A stretch of 64,000 nucleotides of DNA from Auanema rhodensis (lineage: Eukaryota > Animalia > Nematoda), in assembly GCA_964057225.1 (NCBI GenBank), contig OZ059898.1, positions 17,670,001-17,734,000 of the forward strand, in the 5' to 3' direction. The notes beneath the pieces are model-generated. The model searched no databases and was not told the origin of the DNA. It was given only the letters and a program-made list of their open reading frames with translations. Positions 39,101 through 52,999 of the stretch are shown here, in pieces (the first letter of the stretch is position 1; each line of letters opens with the position of its first letter). The position numbers and the translations under genes were made by a program.

Positions 39101-42100
39101 CTCAACATACACTAATGCATCATTTTTCAAACGATCATAACTAATTTCTGTATTAAACGTTTCTCAATGTAGTATAGTGCATTCGATGCGTATTTTTAAG
39201 CTGCGTCGATCTGTGTTATCAGATTTGCGCTAGCTTAAAAATGCACCGAGACATCAACTGATATAAGTTCACACTTATATCCTCGATTTTCACCATGAAG
39301 AATTGATTTTTTCGTTGAATAACATTGTCCATCGTCTTTGCCTTGAAAAACGAAATCTGAAAACTTCTACTTTTTGCTAAATTATTTTGAAATTTTTCGA
39401 AAAAATTTTTGTCAAAATGTTTTTGGAAGCAATGTTGAGTGTACATGGAAACTCAACATACACTAATGCATCATTTTTCAAACGATCACAACTAATTTTT
39501 GTATAAAGCGTTTCTCAATGTCGTATAGTGCATTCGATGCAGATTTGTAAGCTGCGTCGATCTGTGTTATCAGATTTGCGCTAGCTTAAAAATGCACCGA
39601 GATATCAACTGATATAAGTTCACACTTATATCCTCGATTTTCACCCTGAAGAATTAATTTTTTCGTTGAATAACATTAGCCATCGTCTTTGCCTTATAAA
39701 AAGGAATCTAAAAACATTTACTTTTTGCTAAATTATTTTGAAATTTTTCGAAAAAATTTTTGTCAAAATGTTTTTGGAAGCAATGTTGAGTGTACATGGA
39801 AACTCAACATACACTAATGCATTATTTTTCAAACGATCATAACTAATTTTTGTATTAAGCGTTTTTCAATGTAGTATAGTGCATTCGATGCGGATTTTTA
39901 AGCTGCGTCGATCTGTGTTATCAGATTTGCGCTAGCTTAAAAATGCACCGAGACATCAACTGATATAAGTTCACACTTATATCCTCGATTTTCACCCTGA
40001 AGAAATAATTTTTTCGTTGAATAACATTGTCCATCGTCTTTGCCTTGAAAAAAAAATCTAAAAACATCTACTTTTTGCTAAATTATTTTGAAATTTTTCG
40101 AAAAAATTTTTGTCAAAATGTTTTTGGAAGCAATGTTGAGTGTACATGGAAACTCAACATACACTAATGCATCATTTTTCAAACAATCATAACTAATTTT
40201 TGTATTAAGCGTTTCTCAATGTAGAATAGTGCATTCGATGCAGTTTTGTAAGCTGCGTCGATCTGTTTGATCAGATTTGGGCTAGCTTAAAAATGCACCG
40301 AGATATCAACTGATATAAGTTCACACTTATATCCTCGATTTTCACCCTGAAGAATTAATTTTTTCGTTGAATAACATTGTCCATCGTCTTTGCCTTGAAA
40401 GAAGGAATCTAAAAACATCTACTTTTTGCTAAATTATTCTGAAATTTTTCGAAAAAATTTTTGTCAAAATGTTTTTGGAAGCAATGTTGAGTGTACATGG
40501 AAACTCAACATACACTAATGCATCATTTTTCAAACGATCATAACTAATTTCTGTATTAAACGTTTCTCAATGTAGTATAGTGCATTCGATGCGGATTTTT
40601 AAGCTGCGTCGATCTGTGTTATCAGATTTGCGCTAGCTTAAAAATGCACCGAGACATCAACTGATATAAGTTCACACTTATATCCTCGATTTTCACCCTG
40701 AAGAATTGATTTTTTCGTTGAATAACATTGTCCATCGTCTTTGCCTTGAAAAAAGGAATCTAAAAACATCTACTTTTTGCTAAATTATTCTGAAATTTTT
40801 CAAAAAAGTTTTTGTCAAAATGTTTTTGGAAGCAATGTTGAGTGTACATGGAAACTCAACATACACTAATGCATTATTTTTCAAACAATCATAACTAATT
40901 TTTGTATTAAGCGTTTCTCAATGTAGAATAGTGCATTCGATGCAGTTTTGTAAGCTGCGTCGATCTGTTTGATCAGATTTGGGCTAGCTTAAAAATACAC
41001 CGAGACATCAACTGATATAAGTTCACACTTATATCCTCGATTTTCACCCTGAAGAAATAATTTTTTCGTTGAATAACATTGTCCATCGTCTTTGCCTTGA
41101 AAAAAAAAATCTAAAAACATCTACTTTTTGCTAAATTATTTTGAAATTTTTCGAAAAAAATTTTGTCAAAATGTTTTTGGAAGCAATGTTGAGTGTACAT
41201 GGAAACTCAACATACACTAATGCATCATTTTTCAAACAATCATAACTAATTTTTGTATTAAGCGTTTCTCAATGTAGAATAGTGCATTCGATGCAGTTTT
41301 GTAAGCTGCGTCGATCTGTTTGATCAGATTTGGGCTAGCTTAAAAATGCACCGAGATATCAACTGATATAAGTTCACACTTATATCCTCGATTTTCACCC
41401 TGAAGAATTAATTTTTTCGTTGAATAACATTGTCCATCGTCTTTGCCTTGAAAAAAGGAATCTAAAAACATCTACTTTTTGCTAAATTATTCTGAAATTT
41501 TTCGAAAAAATTTTTGTCAAAATGTTTTTGGAAGCAATGTTGAGTGTACATGGAAACTCAACATACACTAATGCATCATTTTTCAAACGATCATAACTAA
41601 TTTCTGTATTAAACGTTTCTCAATGTAGTATAGTGCATTCGATGCGGATTTTTAAGCTGCGTCGATCTGTGTTATCAGATTTGCGCTAGCTTAAAAATGC
41701 ACCGAGACATCAACTGATATAAGTTCACACTTATATCCTCGATTTTCACCCTGAAGAATTGATTTTTTCGTTGAATAACATTGTCCATCGTCTTTGCCTT
41801 GAAAAACGAAATCTGAAAACTTCTACTTTTTGCTAAATTATTTTGAAATTTTTCGAAAAAATTTTTGTCAAAATGTTTTTGGAAGCAATGTTGAGTGTAC
41901 ATGGAAACTCAACATACACTAATGCATCATTTTTCAAACGATCACAACTAATTTTTGTATAAAGCGTTTCTCAATGTAGTATAGTGCATTCGATGCGGAT
42001 TTTTAAGCTGCGTCGATCTGTGTTATCAGATTTGCGCTAGCTTAAAAATGCACCGAGACATCAACTGATATAAGTTCACACTTATATCCTCGATTTTCAC

Positions 42101-45100
42101 CCTGAAGAATTGATTTTTTCGTTGAATAACATTGTCCATCGTCTTTGCCTTGAAAAAAGGAATCTAAAAACATCTACTTTTTGCTAAATTATTCTGAAAT
42201 TTTTCGAAAAAATTTTTGTCAAAATGTTTTTGGAAGCAATGTTGAGTGTACATGGAAACTCAACATACACTAATGCATTATTTTTCAAACAATCATAACT
42301 AATTTTTGTATTAAGCGTTTCTCAATGTAGAATAGTGCATTCGATGCAGTTTTGTAAGCTGCGTCGATCTGTTTGATCAGATTTGGGCTAGCTTAAAAAT
42401 GCACCGAGACATCAACTGATATAAGTTCACACTTATATCCTCGATTTTCACCCTGAAGAAATAATTTTTTCGTTGAATAACATTGTCCATCGTCTTTGCC
42501 TTGAAAAAAAAAATCTAAAAACATCTACTTTTTGCTAAATTATTTTGAAATTTTTCGAAAAAATTTTTGTCAAAATGTTTTTGGAAGCAATGTTGAGTGT
42601 ACATGGAAACTCAACATACACTAATGCATCATTTTTCAAACAATCATAACTAATTTTTGTATTAAGCGTTTCTCAATGTAGTATAGTGCATTCGATGCGG
42701 ATTTTTAAGCTGCGTCGATCTGTGTTATCAGATTTGCGCTAGCTTAAAAATGCACCGAGACATCAACTGATATAAGTTCACACTTATATCCTCGATTTTC
42801 ACCCTGAAGAATTGATTTTTTCGTTGAATAACATTGTCCATCGTCTTTGCCTTGAAAAACGAAATCTGAAAACTTCTACTTTTTGCTAAATTATTTTGAA
42901 ATTTTTCGAAAAAATTTTTGTCAAAATGTTTTTGGAAGCAATGTTGAGTGTACATGGAAACTCAACATACACTAATGCATTATTTTTCAAACAATCATAA
43001 CTAATTTTTGTATTAAGCGTTTCTCAATGTAGAATAGTGCATTCGATGCAGTTTTGTAAGCTGCGTCGATCTGTTTGATCAGATTTGGGCTAGCTTAAAA
43101 ATGCACCGAGACATCAACTGATATAAGTTCACACTTATATCCTCGATTTTCACCCTGAAGAAATAATTTTTTCGTTGAATAACATTGTCCATCGTCTTTG
43201 CCTTGAAAAAAAAAATCTAAAAACATCTACTTTTTGCTAAATTATTTTGAAATTTTTCGAAAAAATTTTTGTCAAAATGTTTTTGGAAGCAATGTTGAGT
43301 GTACATGGAAACTCAACATACACTAATGCATCATTTTTCAAACAATCATAACTAATTTTTGTATTAAGCGTTTCTCAATGTAGAATAGTGCATTCGATGC
43401 AGTTTTGTAAGCTGCGTCGATCTGTTTGATCAGATTTGGGCTAGCTTAAAAATGCACCGAGATATCAACTGATATAAGTTCACACTTATATCCTCGATTT
43501 TCACCCTGAAGAATTAATTTTTTCGTTGAATAACATTGTCCATCGTCTTTGCCTTGAAAAACGAAATCTGAAAACATCTACTTCTTGCTAAATTATTCTG
43601 AAAATTTTCGAAAAAATTTTTGTCAAAATGTTTTTGGAAGCAATGTTGAGTGTACATGGAAACTCAACATACACTAATGCATCATTTTTCAAACGATCAT
43701 AACTAATTTTTGTATTAAGCGTTTCTCAATGTAGTATAGTGCATTCGATGCGGATTTTTAAGCTGCGTCGATCTGTGTTATCAGATTTGCGCTAGCTTAA
43801 AAATGCACCGAGACATCAACTGATATAAGTTCACACTTATATCCTCGATTTTCACCCTGAAGAATTGATTTTTTCGTTGAATAACATTGTCCATCGTCTT
43901 TGCCTTGAAAAACGAAATCTGAAAACTTCTACTTTTTGCTAAATTATTTTGAAATTTTTCGAAAAAATTTTTGTCAAAATGTTTTTGGAAGCAATGTTGA
44001 GTGTACATGGAAACTCAACATACACTAATGCATTATTTTTCAAACGATCATAACTAATTTTTGTATTAAGCGTTTCTCAATGTAGTATAGTGCATTCGAT
44101 GCGGATTTTTAAGCTGCGTCGATCTGTGTTATCAGATTTGCGCTAGCTTAAAAATGTACCGAGACATCAACTGATATAAGTTCACACTTATATCCTCGAT
44201 TTTCACCCTGAAGAAATAATTTTTTCGTTGAATAACATTGTCCATCGTCTTTGCCTTATAAAAAGGAATCTAAAAACATTTACTTTTTGCTAAATTATTT
44301 TGAAATTTTTCGAAAAAATTTTTGTCAAAATGTTTTTGGAAGCAATGTTGAGTGTACATGGAAACTCAACATACACTAATGCATTATTTTTCAAACGATC
44401 ATAACTAATTTTTGTATTAAGCGTTTCTCAATGTAGTATAGTGCATTCGATGCGGATTTTTAAGCTGCGTCGATCTGTGTTATCAGATTTGCGCTAGCTT
44501 AAAAATGCACCGAGACATCAACTGATATAAGTTCACACTTATATCCTCGATTTTCACCCTGAAGAAATAATTTTTTCGTTGAATAACATTGTCCATCGTC
44601 TTTGCCTTGAAAAAAAAAATCTAAAAACATCTACGTTTTGCTAAATTATTTTGAAATTTTTCGAAAAAATTTTTGTCAAAATGTTTTTGGAAGCAATGTT
44701 GAGTGTACATGGAAACTCAACATACACTAATGCATCATTTTTCAAACAATCATAACTAATTTTTGTATTAAGCGTTTCTCAATGTAGAATAGTGCATTCG
44801 ATGCAGTTTTGTAAGCTGCGTCGATCTGTTTGATCAGATTTGGGCTAGCTTAAAAATGCACCGAGATATCAACTGATATAAGTTCACACTTATATCCTCG
44901 ATTTTCACCCTGAAGAATTAATTTTTTCGTTGAATAACATTGTCCATCGTCTTTGCCTTGAAAAAAGGAATCTAAAAACATCTACTTCTTGCTAAATTAT
45001 TCTGAAATTTTTCGAAAAAATTTTTGTCAAAATGTTTTTGGAAGCAATGTTGAGTGTACATGGAAACTCAACATACACTAATGCATCATTTTTCAAACGA

Positions 45101-47600
45101 TCATAACTAATTTTTGTATCAAGCGTTTCTTGATGTAGTATAGTGCATTCGATGCGGATTTTTAAGCTGCGTCGATCTGTGTGATCAGATTTGGGCTAGC
45201 TTAAAAATGCACCGAGATATCAACTGATATAAGTTCACACTTATATCCTCGATTTTCACCCTAAAGAATTAATTTTTTCGTTGAATAACATTGTCTATCG
45301 TCTTTGCTTTGAAAAATGGAATCTAAAAACATCTACTTTTTGCTAAATTATTCTGAAATTTTTCGAAAAAATTTTTGTCAAAATGTTTTTGGAAGCAATG
45401 TTGAGTGTACATGGAAACTCAACATACACTAATGCATCATTTTTCAAACGATCATAACTAATTTCTGTATTAAACGTTTCTCAATGTAGTATAGTGCATT
45501 CGATGCGTATTTTTAAGCTGCGTCGATCTGTGTTATCAGATTTGCGCTAGCTTAAAAATGCACCGAGACATCAACTGATATAAGTTCACACTTATATCCT
45601 CGATTTTCACCATGAAGAATTGATTTTTTCGTTGAATAACATTGTCCATCGTCTTTGCCTTGAAAAACGAAATCTGAAAACTTCTACTTTTTGCTAAATT
45701 ATTTTGAAATTTTTCGAAAAAATTTTTGTCAAAATGTTTTTGGAAGCAATGTTGAGTGTACATGGAAACTCAACATACACTAATGCATCATTTTTCAAAC
45801 GATCATAACTAATTTCTGTATTAAACGTTTCTCAATGTAGTATAGTGCATTCGATGCGGATTTTTAAGCTGCGTCGATCTGTGTTATCAGATTTGCGCTA
45901 GCTTAAAAATGCACCGAGACATCAACTGATATAAGTTCACACTTATATCCTCGATTTTCACCCTGAAGAATTGATTTTTTCGTTGAATAACATTGTCCAT
46001 CGTCTTTGCCTTCAAAAAAGGAATCTAAAAACATCTACTTTTTGCTAAATTATTTCGAAATTTTTCGAAAAAATTTTTGTCAAAATGTTTTTGGAAGCAA
46101 TGTTGAGTGTACATGGAAACTCAACATACACTAATGCATTATTTTTCAAACGATCATAACTAATTTTTGTATTAAGCGTTTCTCAATGTAGTATAGTGCA
46201 TTCGATGCGGATTTTTAAGCTGCGTCGATCTGTGTTATCAGATTTGCGCTAGCTTAAAAATGTACCGAGACATCAACTGATATAAGTTCACACTTATATC
46301 CTCGATTTTCACCCTGAAGAAATAATTTTTTCGTTGAATAACATTGTCCATCGTCTTTGCCTTATAAAAAGGAATCTAAAAACATTTACTTTTTGCTAAA
46401 TTATTTTGAAATTTTTCGAAAAAATTTTTGTCAAAATGTTTTTGGAAGCAATGTTGAGTGTACATGGAAACTCAACATACACTAATGCATCATTTTTCAA
46501 ACGATCACAACTAATTTTTGTATAAAGCGTTTCTCAATGTAGTATAGTGCATTCGATGCGGATTTTTAAGCTGCGTCGATCTGTGTTATCAGATTTGCGC
46601 TAGCTTAAAAATGCACCGAGATATCAACTGATATAAGTTCACACTTATATCCTCGATTTTCACCCTGAAGAATTGATTTTTTCGTTGAATAACATTGTCC
46701 ATCGTCTTTGCCTTGAAAAACGAAATCTGAAAACTTCTACTTTTTGCTAAATTATTTTGAAATTTTTCGAAAAAATTTTTGTCAAAATGTTTTTGGAAGC
46801 AATGTTGAGTGTACATGGAAACTCAACATACACTAATGCATCATTTTTCAAACAATCATAACTAATTTTTGTATTAAGCGTTTCTCAATGTAGAATAGTG
46901 CATTCGATGCAGTTTTGTAAGCTGCGTCGATCTGTTTGATCAGATTTGGGCTAGCTTAAAAATGCACCGAGATATCAACTGATATAAGTTCACACTTATA
47001 TCCTCGATTTTCACCCTGAAGAATTAATTTTTTCGTTGAATAACATTGTCCATCGTCTTTGCCTTGAAAAAAGGAATCTAAAAACATCTACTTTCTGCTA
47101 AATTATTCTGAAATTTTTCGAAAAAATTTTTGTCAAAATGTTTTTGGAAGCAATGTTGAGTGTACATGGAAACTCAACATACACTAATGCATCATTTTTC
47201 AAACAATCATAACTAATTTTTGTATTAAGCGTTTCTCAATGTAGAATAGTGCATTCGATGCAGTTTTGTAAGCTGCGTCGATCTGTTTGATCAGATTTGG
47301 GCTAGCTTAAAAATGCACCGAGATATCAACTGATATAAGTTCACACTTATATCCTCGATTTTCACCCTGAAGAATTAATTTTTTCGTTGAATAACATTGT
47401 CCATCGTCTTTGCCTTGAAAAAAGGAATCTAAAAACATCTACTTTTTGCTAAATTATTCTGAAATTTTTCGAAAAAATTTTTGTCAAAATGTTTTTGGAA
47501 GCAATGTTGAGTGTACATGGAAACTCAACATACACTAATGCATCATTTTTCAAACGATCATAACTAATTTCTGTATTAAACGTTTCTCAATGTAGTATAG
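30186..47600. repeat. ~24-26-monomer (8.4-9.1 kb) tandem segmental duplication inside the array; boundaries approximate
   Basis: Rare variants pair at offset 8774 (30417/39191; the 1-bp deletions after TTG at 31271/40045) and at offset 8423 (32385/40808, 36894/45317, 37590/46013). Confidence 0.9.
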
Positions 47601-50600
47601 TGCATTCGATGCGGATTTTTAAGCTGCGTCGATCTGTGTTATCAGATTTGCGCTAGCTTAAAAATGCACCGAGACATCAACTGATATAAGTTCACACTTA
47701 TATCCTCGATTTTCACCCTGAAGAATTGATTTTTTCGTTGAATAACATTGTCCATCGTCTTTGCCTTGAAAAACGAAATCTGAAAACTTCTACTTTTTGC
47801 TAAATTATTTTGAAATTTTTCGAAAAAATTTTTGTCAAAATGTTTTTGGAAGCAATGTTGAGTGTACATGGAAACTCAACATACACTAATGCATCATTTT
47901 TCAAACAATCATAACTAATTTTTGTATTAAGCGTTTCTCAATGTGGAATAGTGCATTCGATGCAGTTTTGTAAGCTGCGTCGATCTGTTTGATCAGATTT
48001 GGGCTAGCTTAAAAATGCACCGAGATATCAACTGATATAAGTTCACACTTATATCCTCGATTTTCACCCTGAAGAATTAATTTTTTCGTTGAATAACATT
48101 GTCCATCGTCTTTGCCTTGAAAAAAGGAATCTAAAAACATCTACTTTTTGCTAAATTATTCTGAAATTTTTCGAAAAAATTTTTGTCAAAATGTTTTTGG
48201 AAGCAATGTTGAGTGTACATGGAAACTCAACATACACTAATGCATCATTTTTCAAACGATCATAACTAATTTCTGTATTAAACGTTTCTCAATGTAGTAT
48301 AGTGCATTCGATGCGGATTTTTAAGCTGCGTCGATCTGTGTTATCAGATTTGCGCTAGCTTAAAAATGCACCGAGACATCAACTGATATAAGTTCACACT
48401 TATATCCTCGATTTTCACCCTGAAGAATTGAATTTTTCGTTGAATAACATTGTCCATCGTCTTTGCCTTGAAAAACGAAATCTGAAAACTTCTACTTTTT
48501 GCTAAATTATTTTGAAATTTTTCGAAAAAATTTTTGTCAAAATGTTTTTGGAAGCAATGTTGAGTGTACATGGAAACTCAACATACACTAATGCATCATT
48601 TTTCAAACGATCACAACTAATTTTTGTATAAAGCGTTTCTCAATGTAGTATAGTGCATTCGATGCGGATTTTTAAGCTGCGTCGATCTGTGTTATCAGAT
48701 TTGCGCTAGCTTAAAAATGCACCGAGACATCAACTGATATAAGTTCACACTTATATCCTCGATTTTCACCCTGAAGAAATAATTTTTTCGTTGAATAACA
48801 TTGTCCATCGTCTTTGCCTTGAAAAAAAAAATCTAAAAACATCTACTTTTTGCTAAATTATTTTGAAATTTTTCGAAAAAATTTTTGTCAAAATGTTTTT
48901 GGAAGCAATGTTGAGTGTACATGGAAACTCAACATACACTAATGCATCATTTTTCAAACAATCATAACTAATTTTTGTATTAAGCGTTTCTCAATGTAGA
49001 ATAGTGCATTCGATGCAGTTTTGTAAGGTGCGTCGATCTGTTTGATCAGATTTGGGCTAGCTTAAAAATGCACCGAGATATCAACTGATATAAGTTCACA
49101 CTTATATCCTCGATTTTCACCCTGAAGAATTAATTTTTTCGTTGAATAACATTGTCCATCGTCTTTGCCTTGAAAAACGAAATCTAAAAACATCTACTTT
49201 TTGCTAAATTATTTTGAAATTTTTCGAAAAAATTTTTGTCAAAATGTTTTTGGAAGCAATGTTGAGTGTACATGGAAACTCAACATACACTAATGCATCA
49301 TTTTTCAAACGATCATAACTAATTTTTGTATTAAGCGTTTCTCAATGTAGTATAGTGCATTCGATGCGGATTTTTAAGCTGCGTCGATCTGTGTTATCAG
49401 ATTTGCGCTAGCTTAAAAATGCACCGAGATATCAACTGATATAAGTTCACATTTATATCCTCGATTTTCACCCTGAAGAATTAATTTTTTCGTTGAATAA
49501 CATTGTCCATCGTCTTTGCCTTGAAAATCGAAATCTGAAAACATCTACTTTTTGCTAAATTATTTTGAAATTTTTCGAAAAAATTTTTGTCAAAATGTTT
49601 TTGGAAGCAATGTTGAGTGTACATGGAAACTCAACATACACTAATGCATCATTTTTCAAACAATCATAACTAATTTTTGTATTAAGCGTTTCTCAATATA
49701 GAATAGTGCATTCGATGCGGATTTTTAAGCTGCGTCGATCTGTGTCATCAGATTTGGGCTAGCTTAAAAATGCACCGAGATATCAACTGATATAAGTTCA
49801 CACTTATATCCTCGATTTTCACCCTGAAGAATTAATTTTTTCGTTGAATAACATTGTCCATCGTCTTTGCCTTGAAAAACGAAATCTGAAAACATCTACT
49901 TTTTGCTAAATTATTTTGAAATTTTTCGAAAAAATTTTTGTCAAAATGTTTTTGGAAGCAATGTTGAGTGTACATGGAAACTCAACATACACTAATGCAT
50001 CATTTTTCAAACAATCATAACTAATTTTTGTATTAAGCGTTTCTCAATGTAGAATAGTGCATTCGATGCGGATTTTTAAGCTGCGTCGATCTGTGTCATC
50101 AGATTTGGGCTAGCTTAAAAATGCACCGAGATATCAACTGATATAAGTTCACACTTATATCCTCGATTTTCACCCTGAAGAATTAATTTTTTCGTTGAAT
50201 AACATTGTCCATCGTCTTTGCCTTGAAAAACGAAATCTGAAAACATCTACTTTTTGCTAAATTATTTTGAAATTTTTCGAAAAAATTTTTGTCAAAATGT
50301 TTTTGGAAGCAATGTTGAGTGTACATGGAAACTCAACATACACTAATGCATCATTTTTCAAACAATCATAACTAATTTTTGTATTAAGCGTTTCTCAATG
50401 TAGAATAGTGCATTCGATGCGGATTTTTAAGCTGCGTCGATCTGTGTTATCAGATTTGGGCTAGCTTAAAAATGCACCGAGATATCAACTGATATAAGTT
50501 CACACTTATATCCTCGATTTTCACCCTGAAGAATTAATTTTTTCGTTGAATAACATTGTCCATCGTCTTTGCCTTGAAAAAAGGAATCTAAAAACATCTA

Positions 50601-52999
50601 CTTTTTGCTAAATTATTCTGAAATTTTTCGAAAAAATTTTTGTCAAAATGTTTTTGGAAGCAATGTTGAGTGTACATGGAAACTCAACATACACTAATGC
50701 ATCATTTTTCAAACGATCATAACTAATTTTTGTATTAAGCGTTTCTCAATGTAGTATAGTGCATTCGATGCGGATTTTTAAGCTGCGTCGATCTGTGTTA
50801 TCAGATTTGCGCTAGCTTAAAAATGCACCGAGACATCAACTGATATAAGTTCACACTTATATCCTCGATTTTCTCCCTGAAGAATTAATTTTTTCGTTGA
50901 ATAACATTGTCCATCGTCTTTGCCTTGAAAAAAGGAATCTAAAAACATCTTTTTTTTGCTAAATTATTTCGAAATTTTTCGAAAAAATTTTTGTCAAAAT
51001 GTTTTTGGAAGCAATGTTGAGTGTACATGGAAACTCAACATACACTAATGCATCATTTTTCAAACAATCATAACTAATTTTTGTATTAAGCGTTTCTCAA
51101 TGTAGAATAGTGCATTCGATGCGGATTTTTAAGCTGCGTCGATCTGTGTCATCAGATTTGGGCTAGCTTAAAAATGCACCGAGATATCAACTGATATAAG
51201 TTCACACTTATATCCTCGATTTTCACCCTGAAGAATTAATTTTTTCGTTGAATAACATTGTCCATCGTCTTTGCCTTGAAAAAAGGAATCTAAAAACATC
51301 TACTTTTTGCTAAATTATTCTGAAATTTTTCGAAAAAATTTTTGTCAAAATGTTTTTGGAAGCAATGTTGAGTGTACATGGAAACTCAACATACACTAAT
51401 GCATCATTTTTCAAACGATCATAACTAATTTCTGTATTAAACGTTTCTCAATGTAGTATAGTGCATTCGATGCGGATTTTTAAGCTGCGTCGATCTGTGT
51501 TATCAGATTTGCGCTAGCTTAAAAATGCACCGAGACATCAACTGATATAAGTTCACACTTATATCCTCGATTTTCACCCTGAAGAATTGATTTTTTCGTT
51601 GAATAACATTGTCCATCGTCTTTGCCTTGAAAAACGAAATCTGAAAACTTCTACTTTTTGCTAAATTATTTTGAAATTTTTCGAAAAAATTTTTGTCAAA
51701 ATGTTTTTGGAAGCAATGTTGAGTGTACATGGAAACTCAACATACACTAATGCATTATTTTTCAAACGATCATAACTAATTTTTGTATTAAGCGTTTCTC
51801 AATGTAGTATAGTGCATTCGATGCGGATTTTTAAGCTGCGTCGATCTGTGTTATCAGATTTGCGCTAGCTTAAAAATGTACCGAGACATCAACTGATATA
51901 AGTTCACACTTATATCCTCGATTTTCACCCTGAAGAAATAATTTTTTCGTTGAATAACATTGTCCATCGTCTTTGCCTTATAAAAAGGAATCTAAAAACA
52001 TTTACTTTTTGCTAAATTATTTTGAAATTTTTCGAAAAAATTTTTGTCAAAATGTTTTTGGAAGCAATGTTGAGTGTACATGGAAACTCAACATACACTA
52101 ATGCATTATTTTTCAAACGATCATAACTAATTTTTGTATTAAGCGTTTCTCAATGTAGTATAGTGCATTCGATGCGGATTTTTAAGCTGCGTCGATCTGT
52201 GTTATCAGATTTGCGCTAGCTTAAAAATGCACCGAGACATCAACTGATATAAGTTCACACTTATATCCTCGATTTTCACCCTGAAGAAATAATTTTTTCG
52301 TTGAATAACATTGTCCATCGTCTTTGCCTTGAAAAAAAAAATCTAAAAACATCTACTTTTTGCTAAATTATTTTGAAATTTTTCGAAAAAATTTTTGTCA
52401 AAATGTTTTTGGAAGCAATGTTGAGTGTACATGGAAACTCAACATACACTAATGCATCATTTTTCAAACAATCATAACTAATTTTTGTATTAAGCGTTTC
52501 TCAATGTAGAATAGTGCATTCGATGCAGTTTTGTAAGCTGCGTCGATCTGTTTGATCAGATTTGGGCTAGCTTAAAAATGCACCGAGATATCAACTGATA
52601 TAAGTTCACACTTATATCCTCGATTTTCACCCTGAAGAATTAATTTTTTCGTTGAATAACATTATCCATCGTCTTTGCCTTGAAAAAAGGAATCTAAAAA
52701 CATCTACTTCTTGCTAAATTATTCTGAAATTTTTCGAAAAAATTTTTGTCAAAATGTTTTTGGAAGCAATGTTGAGTGTACATGGAAACTCAACATACAC
52801 TAATGCATCATTTTTCAAACGATCATAACTAATTTTTGTATTAAGCGTTTCTCAATGTAGTATAGTGCATTCGATGCGGATTTTTAAGCTGCGTCGATCT
52901 GTGTTATCAGATTTGCGCTAGCTTAAAAATGCACCGAGATATCAACTGATATAAGTTCACACTTATATCCTCGATTTTCACCCTGAATAATTAATTTTT

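Noticed and set aside
26233-51730. Nineteen near-identical 75-aa minus-strand ORFs (MYTQHCFQKHFDKNFF...)
   Set aside because: They appear only where two satellite variants coincide: TCTA to TCTG removes a TAG, and ATTAAT to ATTGAT removes a TAA. Most monomers have stops. The F/K/N-rich composition simply mirrors the A/T tracts, and there is no recognisable domain. They are useful only as haplotype markers.
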